From the IMG/VR virus record IMGVR_UViG_3300018063_000039, positions 1 through 26,857 of that record: a DNA stretch of 26,857 bases; one strand, 5' to 3'. Every line of letters starts with the position of its first letter. The first letter of the stretch is position 1. The translations under genes were made by a program, and so were the position numbers. The stretch is from a virus. Lineage: Duplodnaviria > Caudoviricetes. Shown piece after piece: positions 15,796-23,443 of the stretch. Under the pieces are notes generated by a model. The model was not told the DNA's origin, made no database searches, and saw nothing but the letters and a program-made list of their open reading frames with translations.

Positions 15796-16214
15796 AGATC
15801 GTCCCGTTTGAGCCGTGGCACTTAGAGTGGTTGCAGTTGCAGGCGTCACAATTGGGCCTCGCGGCGACCTTGACGATGGACCATGGACGTTCCTTACAAC
15901 ACTCAGGCCCCTGCCAGAGTGCGTGGGCCGGCATGGAGGTCGTCGCTTGTGCCGGCATCATCGAATTATGGCATGGGCGTTCGCAAGTCTGGTCGTTACT
16001 GTCAGGGTCCTTCCCGTGCTACGCCAAAAGTATCCATCGGGCGGTGCGGGATTTTCTTGACAGCTACCGCTGTGCGCGGCTGGAATGTGTCGTCGATCCG
16101 CGCGCGCCCGCCGCGATCCGATGGGCGGAACATCTTGGGTTTCAGTATGAATCGACGATGCCGAAGTATACGCCGTCGGGCGAGACGCAACTGATGATGG
16201 TAAGGCTTGAATAA
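15717..16214 (+). CDS. GNAT-fold acetyltransferase-like protein (T7 gp13 position); start uncertain
   Basis: VVACAGI..LW.G...VWSLL and AIRWAEHLGFQYE patterns; ATG at 15717 has a GGAG SD but overlaps the nozzle gene by 79 nt. Confidence 0.7.
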   Translation: MLALEQPVTGHDLGGDASINYSRPPLEIVPFEPWHLEWLQLQASQLGLAATLTMDHGRSLQHSGPCQSAWAGMEVVACAGIIELWHGRSQVWSLLSGSFPCYAKSIHRAVRDFLDSYRCARLECVVDPRAPAAIRWAEHLGFQYESTMPKYTPSGETQLMMVRLE

Positions 16215-16813
16215 TGAATCGTGAACGAAGTCGGTTGATAGAGGCTGCGTATCGTGAACGGCATAAGCCACAACTCAAGGCAAGAAAAGCCCGTTATCGT
16301 GAGCGGAATAAGGAGAAGATCATGATTTATCTTGCCTCGTATCGTGAGCGAAATAGAAAACTAATTCGCGCAAAAGGAGCCGCATATAGAAAACAATATC
16401 CAGAAAAGGCGTACAAAGCAAAGCGATTACACTACGCAAAAAATCCCGTTGCAAGACTCTTGGCCTATGCACGGAGAAGCGCAGGGGTACGGGGGCTTGT
16501 GTTCCAGATTACGCTGAACGATATCACGCCTTTACCTGTAAAATGTCCAGTATTAGGGATTCCATTAGACTACGCCGCGTTTGACGGACCGAAGAAGAAA
16601 GCCCGATTCAACAGTCCGTCTGTGGATCGGATTGACAACATGAAGGGATATATACCTGGAAATGTAGTGGTTATTTCATGGCGGGCGAATAGGCTTAAAT
16701 CGGACGGGACACCGGAAGAACTGATGCGCGTGGCGCGTTATGCAACGCAAGCGTCACGCAAGCGAGCGAATGGATCACAGATGTTGTCTCAGCAGGAAGC
16801 GCTTTACATATAA
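16214..16813 (+). mobile_element. Free-standing HNH-family endonuclease, probably a homing endonuclease
   Basis: CPVLGIPL...SPSVDRIDNMKGYIPGNVVVISWRANRLKSD; basic repetitive N-terminus (YRER x3); AT-richer; inserted in the ejection-protein module. Confidence 0.85.
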
Positions 16814-16828
16814 AAGGAGTGATTTCAT

Positions 16829-17335
16829 TTGGCACCAGCGATACCCTTTATCATGTTGGCCGGTGCCGCTATCTCTGCGATGGGCGCCGTGTCGCAAGCG
16901 AACGCGGCGCAGGCGGCGTCCGGCTATAACGCGACCCTGAAAGCGCAGCATGCCAAGGTGGCACTCGATCAAGCGTCCGTCGATGCGTGGCGCGTCCAGC
17001 AGCAAGGGCAGTTCGCGCACGGCAGCTTGATTGCGGGGTTGGGGGCATCTGGTGGTACCTCAGACGACGCCATTGACCTACTCCGCATGAGTGTGTCGAA
17101 TGCCAAACTGGATGAGGAAACGGTCCTGTATAAAGGCCGGCTTCGCGCGACGGGATATTACAACGAGGCGGAATTGGACCGCTTGGCTGGTCGGACGGCA
17201 GAAGAGCAGGGCTATCTGCAAGGGGCCAGTTCGTTACTGACGGGCATAGGACAGACCGGCTACACCTATGCGTCCGCACGGCGCGGGCCGATCCGCAGCA
17301 GCGGCAGCCGGACCTACGATTCCTACGGGAGCTAG
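16829..17335 (+). CDS. Small internal virion (ejection) protein, T7 gp14-like
   Basis: TTG start with AAAAGGAG SD; hydrophobic N-terminus, Ala/Gly/Gln-rich body, SSLLTG near the C-terminus; synteny. Confidence 0.75.
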   Translation: MAPAIPFIMLAGAAISAMGAVSQANAAQAASGYNATLKAQHAKVALDQASVDAWRVQQQGQFAHGSLIAGLGASGGTSDDAIDLLRMSVSNAKLDEETVLYKGRLRATGYYNEAELDRLAGRTAEEQGYLQGASSLLTGIGQTGYTYASARRGPIRSSGSRTYDSYGS

Positions 17336-18973
17336 ATGCCACAAATCCGACCCTATGAAAGCCAAGTGAGTAGCCAGAGCGATCTGCCAGGCCGGTCTGC
17401 CGGACTGCAAGACTTTGGCGGGACAGGCCTCGCCAACCTCGGACAAGGCATCCAAAATCTCGGCGTGGGCGCCGCGCATGCCGAGCGGGTCCTGCACGAG
17501 CAGAAGGCCCGTCAGGGCGTCACGGATATTGCGACACAGATGACGGACCTCCGCATCCGTCTGACCGGGCAAATGGACGAACTGGCCAAGAACTATGTGG
17601 CCATTGATCCTCAGACCGGCAAGCGGAATCCGATGGTGTCCGAGCAGATGCAAGGACTCCTGAAATCGCACCTGGACACGATGCGCGGGCCGCAAGGCGA
17701 GGACGACCGGTTCACCACACAAGAGGAAGTCAATGCGTTTACGGCCCATGCGGCGGCCACCGTGGAGCACTTCACCGCACTAGGGCGGCAGGTGGACGCC
17801 AAGCTCGCGGGGGAGGCGGCGGTCACGCAGTATGATGCCAAGCTGAACTCGGTCGGCAACTTTCTCCAACAGCATCCCGATCAGCTCGCCCACTTCCGTG
17901 CCATGGGGGAAGCAGATATTCGTGAACCCGATGGGATCTATCCGGTCTTAGGACGCACGGTACAAGACAAGTTTGTCCAGCAGATGAATGAGCACTATGC
18001 GGTCAGTGCCACGGAAGGGCTCACTCGTCATAATCCAACGCTCGCGCTGCGATTACTCCGCGATCCAGAGCTAAGAGTGAACGAGCAGTACGGCTGGATG
18101 GCGCAGTATATTCCGCATGAGCAGATGGCCCCGCTCATCAATCAGGCGGAGACGGAGGTGCGGGCGATTGGGATTGAGGCGCGGCAGGCGGCAGCTGAAC
18201 TCCGGCTCCAACAAACAGAACTGCACCACGCGACCGACCGCACGCTCATGGCGAAATACGCGCTCCATGAGGAGAATCCCACCAACCCACAGTTTCCGCC
18301 ACTCACCGCAACAGAAGTAGGGCATGCGCTGCAAGAGAATCGACTGGACGGCGAGGTGGGGCGCGCCATGTTGAACATGCTGGAAGAATATGCCAAACCT
18401 GGGAAGGTCAAGACGAATCAAGAGGCCTACTGGGCACTGTTCAACCGCATTCATGCTCCATTCGGTGATCCGAGGCGGTTGACTGATCTCGCACCCATAT
18501 ATGAAGCGGCTGGCAGGAGACGGCAATTGTCCCCTCCCGATATGGAGCGGTTGCGGAAGGAGTTTCTCGACGCTCGTACGTCAGATGGGCAAAAACTGGG
18601 CACGACCAAACTGGAGTTTCTGGCCGGATATAAAATGTCCATTGATAAATCGAATCCCGTCATGGGCAAGCTCGATCAGGAAGGCGGCATCAAGTTTTCT
18701 GAGTTTCAATACTTCGTCGATCAGGAAGTGGAACGGTACACCAAAGAAAATAAAGATCCGTCGGTGCTTTTCAACCCAGATCCATCCAACACGGAATTCC
18801 TAGGGCGACACGTCGGACGGTTTCAGAAACCGCTCATGGAGTCGATTCGTGATTTCAGTAAGAATTTGAATCGAGCACCGAGTAGTGTCAATCCGTCAGG
18901 TGTGATACCGGTAGACAAGCAGCGGCGGTCTGGCGAAACGCCACAGCAATATCTTGATAGGATGAAGAAATGA
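17336..18973 (+). CDS. Internal virion (ejection) protein, T7 gp15 position
   Basis: 545 aa, helical; MPQIRPYE start and GLANLGQG segment typical of this position; synteny. Confidence 0.7.
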   Translation: MPQIRPYESQVSSQSDLPGRSAGLQDFGGTGLANLGQGIQNLGVGAAHAERVLHEQKARQGVTDIATQMTDLRIRLTGQMDELAKNYVAIDPQTGKRNPMVSEQMQGLLKSHLDTMRGPQGEDDRFTTQEEVNAFTAHAAATVEHFTALGRQVDAKLAGEAAVTQYDAKLNSVGNFLQQHPDQLAHFRAMGEADIREPDGIYPVLGRTVQDKFVQQMNEHYAVSATEGLTRHNPTLALRLLRDPELRVNEQYGWMAQYIPHEQMAPLINQAETEVRAIGIEARQAAAELRLQQTELHHATDRTLMAKYALHEENPTNPQFPPLTATEVGHALQENRLDGEVGRAMLNMLEEYAKPGKVKTNQEAYWALFNRIHAPFGDPRRLTDLAPIYEAAGRRRQLSPPDMERLRKEFLDARTSDGQKLGTTKLEFLAGYKMSIDKSNPVMGKLDQEGGIKFSEFQYFVDQEVERYTKENKDPSVLFNPDPSNTEFLGRHVGRFQKPLMESIRDFSKNLNRAPSSVNPSGVIPVDKQRRSGETPQQYLDRMKK

Positions 18974-21900
18974 GCGCCCTAGAAGAAATCAAAACACTCC
19001 AAGGCGCTGGCTTCACCGATGAGGAAGTAGCGGGATGGACCATGCAAACACGTAAGACCTTATCCGATGGGGGCTTTGGTCAGGGCGAGATTGACACCTA
19101 TTTTGGTCAGCCGCCGTTTGATCCAAAACCAGTCGTATTACATATAAGTGATACGCTTGAAAAAGCTTCACAGCCGACGACAGAAGGCGGGCAACCGAAG
19201 CCAGTTACAGACTTTACCGATGCGCTCAAAGCGGGCTTTGGTGAGTCAGTGACCGGCCTACTCGCGCAAGGCAAGCCGGCCATCACCGTTTCACCGGATG
19301 CACCAATGAGTTCACGGATTGCCGGACAGGTTGGGTCGTTGGCTGGCGATGTCCCCGCGATGGTGGGCGGGTATCTGCTGGGCGGGCGAAGCCCCATCAT
19401 GGGCATGGCTGGTGCGTTCGCTTTACCGGCTGGTATCCGCAAGATCCTCATGGACAAATACGACAATGGCGAAGCGCAGAGTTGGGGCGACTTTTGGGAG
19501 CGATTTTCAGGCGCATTTATCGACACGGCGAAAGGCTGGATCACCGGGGCGGCCACGGGCGCCGTCGGCAAAGCCATCGGTCTAGCGCCCATCGTGTCAC
19601 CGACCATGAAAAGCGCAGCGACCGTTACGGGAGAAATTGCGACCATGGTTACGGTCGGCAAGGCCTTGGAAGGACAGATGCCGGAGCCTCAAGATTTTGT
19701 CGATACCGCGATCACACTCGGCTTCGTGAAAGGCTCGGCGAAGGTTGCTGGCAAACTCAGAAACATCTACGCCGAGACCGGCGTGAAGCCTGATGACGTG
19801 GCCGCTGACGTGATGAGAGATCCGACGTTGCTGCACGATCTGATGTCGATGAATGTGGAGATCCCAAAGGCGTACCACGGAACGCCAACACAATTTGAAA
19901 CCTTTGATGTTGCAAAAGCTGGCGATGGACTGTACGGGAAAGGTCTATATTTTACCTCAGATAAAAACACGGCGAGTCTTTTTGGAAATGTTCGAGAAGC
20001 TGGACTCGCATTAGGTACGCCTCTTCAAAGTGACAGGATTCTAACGTCTGAAGTGAGGCAAAAGTTCTCTGATGCGCTTGAAGCGCGTTTCGTTCAGATG
20101 GAGTCTGAGCAGGCCGTTGAGTTACGACAGCGGTTGCGCGCGGCAAAGAACGAGGGCGATGCACTCTTAGTCGTAAATGATACCGTTGGTAGTAAGGATA
20201 CCGCTGGAATTTTGAAACAAGTTGGTTTTGACAGCCTCATACTTCCGCGCCTTGGTGCCGATCGAACAGATTATGTGGTGTTCGATAATAAACAAATTAA
20301 AGCTGTGCAAGGCGTAATTCAACGAGAAATTGGTGCCGTACCAACGGTGGAAAATATCCACGCTCTCGCTGATAGTAAAGCTATCCAATGGGATTCCTCG
20401 CCCGCCTTCATGGACTTCACTGAGCAACTGACCGGCAAGCGCCATCTGGACGATCTGACGCCGGAGCAACGGACAGAGGTAGCGAACGCGCTAGAGGAAT
20501 GGGCTCCGACGCAGGCGATGGGCGGGGGCGCACCGAACAAGTCAGTGGGTGAGGCGCAGCAGGCCGTCCTCGATCGGCTGGTGCTCAAAGATCCAGAAAC
20601 GCAACGGATGACACTTTCAGATATGTACACCTCCGTCGTGGACAATCTGAATCCGATCAAGCAAGCGCTCAAAGCCGATGACAAGGTGGATCTGCCTACC
20701 GCCGTCAACCCCTACAGCCTGGAGCGGCTGACGCGCGGCATCGCTGGGAAGGCGAGTGAGTTTCTGAACGCTGGCGCGTTTGACTTCGAGACATACAAGA
20801 CCAAGACCAAAGGTTATTTCAAGATTCTTGAGCCGGTGAAGAACGACTTGGACGGCTTCAGGGCCTATATGGTGGCGAAGCGGACAGTGGAGAAGGCCGG
20901 CCAAGGCATTGAGACGGGTGTACCAATGGAGCACGCCAAGACCGTCGTGCGTGAAGGCCGACGACAATATGAGGACATCCACCAGGAGCGCCTTAAGTAC
21001 CGCGATGCGCTGCTCGACACGTTGCAGCAGAGCGGCATCCTCAGCGCCAAAGCGGTCGAGGCGATGAAGGAAGCCAACAAGGACTATGTGCCGTTCTATC
21101 GGTTCTTCGAGGATGAGCAAGGGCGGCTCACGACATCGAAACAGGTGAAGAATCCGGTCAAGAAAATGATGGGTAGCGAGCGGCAGATTCTCGACCCCAT
21201 CATGTCCGATATTAAAGATACCTTCCTTTTTGTGGGATTGGCCGAAAAGAACGCCGCACGACAAGCGTTCGTAGAGTTGGGGCAGGAGTTTGCGACGAAG
21301 CAGGCCCAGCCGCTCCATGTGACGCACCTGAGCGAACCGGAAATCAAAAAGCTGTTCGATGAGTTCGTGACGACGACGAAACAGACGAAGCGCACGCAAA
21401 CCGAACAGACCAAGACAACTCAGACAGGAGGCGTGGAAGGCCAGGAGCCACCAGGGAGGGCGTTGCAGTTGGTAACGGAGCGCGTCAAGGAAGCCTTGAA
21501 GGTGCGCGGATTCAGCACTGGCGAAACTGATCAGATGCTAACGCGCATTGCGGCGGGTGGCAAGGGCGCGGACCATACGACCGTCGAAACGGTGATTCGT
21601 GAAATCGAACGCACCGTGTACATGCCGGAGTTGGATATTCGCCTCCCCAATGAAGTCGCCACGATCTTTCGCGCCATGCAAGCGCCAGCGAAAGCCGATG
21701 AGATCGCCGTCTTTACGAACGGGCATCGGGATCTCTATAAGCTCGATCCGAAAGTCGCCGAAGCCTTTAACGGCTTGGATGCTGGTCCCACGAGCTTGCT
21801 CGCCAAGATCGCCTATGCGCCAGCCAGCCTGTTGCGGGCTGGGGTCACGATCACGCCTGATTTCGCAGCCAGGAACATTATCCGCGATGCCGTATCGGCG

Positions 21901-23394
21901 TTCATCTACGCGGGGTCCAATCCAATCAAAACGGCGTTGGGTCTCAAGTCCATCGTCACACAGGACACGGCCTTTCATAACTGGATGAAGGGTGGCGGGG
22001 CGAATGCCACGATGGTCGCAATTGATCGAGACTATCTGAGTCAACATCTGGGCCAACTCAATGCCGAGACCGGACTGATGCGGCGGGCGTGGAACGTGGC
22101 CAAGACGCCTCTGGATATTCTTCGCGCCACGTCTGAGCTGGTCGAAAACTCCACCAGGATTGGAGCCGTGCGAAGCGAGTTACTGCGAGCCACCACTAAG
22201 GCACAGATCCAAGCATTGAGCCTGATCGCCAGGGAGGCCACGGTGGATTTTGCCAGGCATGGCAAGGATACGCAGGGCTATGCCAGAAGCACCGCGTTTT
22301 TTAATCCGGCCATTCAGGGTATCGATCGCTTTGCGCGAGAGGCCAGGAACAACCCGTTGGGCATGACCGCCAAGGCGATGGCCTCAGTCACGCTCCCATC
22401 GATGTTGTTGTGGTACGCGAACCGGGACGACAAAGAGATTCAAGATACCGCACGGTGGCAGAAACGGCTCTTTTGGCTGGCGCGCATTCCGTTACCTGAT
22501 GGCCAGTCATTCATTCTTAGGATTCCAAAACCACAGGAATTCGGGATTCTCTTTGGGACATTGCCGGAGGAGTTATTGGATGAATTTGTGGCGCACAAGC
22601 CTGACGCCCTCCGTGACATCGAGAAGACCATCCTGGAAGCCTTTACGCCGAGCCTCATTCCGACCGCCGCCGTCCCGATCATTGCCCAGTTCGCCAACAT
22701 GGATATGTTTCGAGGTCGTCCGTTGATTCCAGCTGGACTAGAGAACCTGTTGCCGGAGTATCAATACATGCCATACACGACGGAACTGGCGAAGGCGATG
22801 GGGCAATTGATCGGGGCGTTTCCAGGCATGGAGCACGCCGCTGTTCGCAGCGATGAGCCATTCATTGGCGGCGTAGCCCGCGCCCTCACTACTCCCATTC
22901 TCATTGAGAACTACGTGCGTGATTGGACGGGTGGGATGGGCATGTATCTCTTTCAACTGGCCGATAAGGCCTTGCGCGAAGCCGGGGTGTTGCCAGATCC
23001 GGTCAAGGCGGCGTCTACCTTATCCGAGAGCCCGTTTTTCCGCGCCTTCACGGTGCGCTATCCATCAGCGACAGCGCAGTCCATTCAGGATTTCTACAGT
23101 GACTACGATGTGAGCAAGAAGTATTACGACACGATTCTGCACTTGGCGAAAGACGGCGATGTGAGGGCGGTCGATCTTTTGAACGCGCACAGCGAGGATT
23201 TAGCCCAGTTGAGCGGCATCCGTGAGACCTTGACGCAGCAAGGACAGATTATTCGGATGATTGAGAAGAATCCGCAGATCACAGCGGAGGAGAAGCGGCA
23301 GTTAGAGGATACGCTCATCTGGCGCATGATCGAACTCTCACAGGCTGGGAATGCGAGTTTACGCCAGCTCAAAGAGCAGGTGCGTACCCCATGA
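18970..23394 (+). CDS. Large internal virion / polyvalent protein (1474 aa) with ART-PolyVal-like insert and C-terminal LPD38-like domain
   Basis: YHGT...FD...LYGKGLYFT...GFDSL...YVVFDNKQIK (19870-20301); LRIPKPQEFGILFGTLPE...FRGRPLIP (about 22400-22950); T7 gp16 position. Confidence 0.85.
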   Translation: MSALEEIKTLQGAGFTDEEVAGWTMQTRKTLSDGGFGQGEIDTYFGQPPFDPKPVVLHISDTLEKASQPTTEGGQPKPVTDFTDALKAGFGESVTGLLAQGKPAITVSPDAPMSSRIAGQVGSLAGDVPAMVGGYLLGGRSPIMGMAGAFALPAGIRKILMDKYDNGEAQSWGDFWERFSGAFIDTAKGWITGAATGAVGKAIGLAPIVSPTMKSAATVTGEIATMVTVGKALEGQMPEPQDFVDTAITLGFVKGSAKVAGKLRNIYAETGVKPDDVAADVMRDPTLLHDLMSMNVEIPKAYHGTPTQFETFDVAKAGDGLYGKGLYFTSDKNTASLFGNVREAGLALGTPLQSDRILTSEVRQKFSDALEARFVQMESEQAVELRQRLRAAKNEGDALLVVNDTVGSKDTAGILKQVGFDSLILPRLGADRTDYVVFDNKQIKAVQGVIQREIGAVPTVENIHALADSKAIQWDSSPAFMDFTEQLTGKRHLDDLTPEQRTEVANALEEWAPTQAMGGGAPNKSVGEAQQAVLDRLVLKDPETQRMTLSDMYTSVVDNLNPIKQALKADDKVDLPTAVNPYSLERLTRGIAGKASEFLNAGAFDFETYKTKTKGYFKILEPVKNDLDGFRAYMVAKRTVEKAGQGIETGVPMEHAKTVVREGRRQYEDIHQERLKYRDALLDTLQQSGILSAKAVEAMKEANKDYVPFYRFFEDEQGRLTTSKQVKNPVKKMMGSERQILDPIMSDIKDTFLFVGLAEKNAARQAFVELGQEFATKQAQPLHVTHLSEPEIKKLFDEFVTTTKQTKRTQTEQTKTTQTGGVEGQEPPGRALQLVTERVKEALKVRGFSTGETDQMLTRIAAGGKGADHTTVETVIREIERTVYMPELDIRLPNEVATIFRAMQAPAKADEIAVFTNGHRDLYKLDPKVAEAFNGLDAGPTSLLAKIAYAPASLLRAGVTITPDFAARNIIRDAVSAFIYAGSNPIKTALGLKSIVTQDTAFHNWMKGGGANATMVAIDRDYLSQHLGQLNAETGLMRRAWNVAKTPLDILRATSELVENSTRIGAVRSELLRATTKAQIQALSLIAREATVDFARHGKDTQGYARSTAFFNPAIQGIDRFAREARNNPLGMTAKAMASVTLPSMLLWYANRDDKEIQDTARWQKRLFWLARIPLPDGQSFILRIPKPQEFGILFGTLPEELLDEFVAHKPDALRDIEKTILEAFTPSLIPTAAVPIIAQFANMDMFRGRPLIPAGLENLLPEYQYMPYTTELAKAMGQLIGAFPGMEHAAVRSDEPFIGGVARALTTPILIENYVRDWTGGMGMYLFQLADKALREAGVLPDPVKAASTLSESPFFRAFTVRYPSATAQSIQDFYSDYDVSKKYYDTILHLAKDGDVRAVDLLNAHSEDLAQLSGIRETLTQQGQIIRMIEKNPQITAEEKRQLEDTLIWRMIELSQAGNASLRQLKEQVRTP

Positions 23395-23398
23395 TTTC

Positions 23399-23427
23399 TT
23401 GCAGACCGCGACGCACTAGGATACACT
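23399..23427 (+). promoter_or_regulatory. Sigma70-like promoter TTGCAG-N17-TACACT upstream of the tailspike gene
   Basis: Same -10 and spacing as the promoter at 6229; followed by a GGAGG SD. Confidence 0.5.
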
Positions 23428-23443
23428 ACCCACGGAGGCCCGT

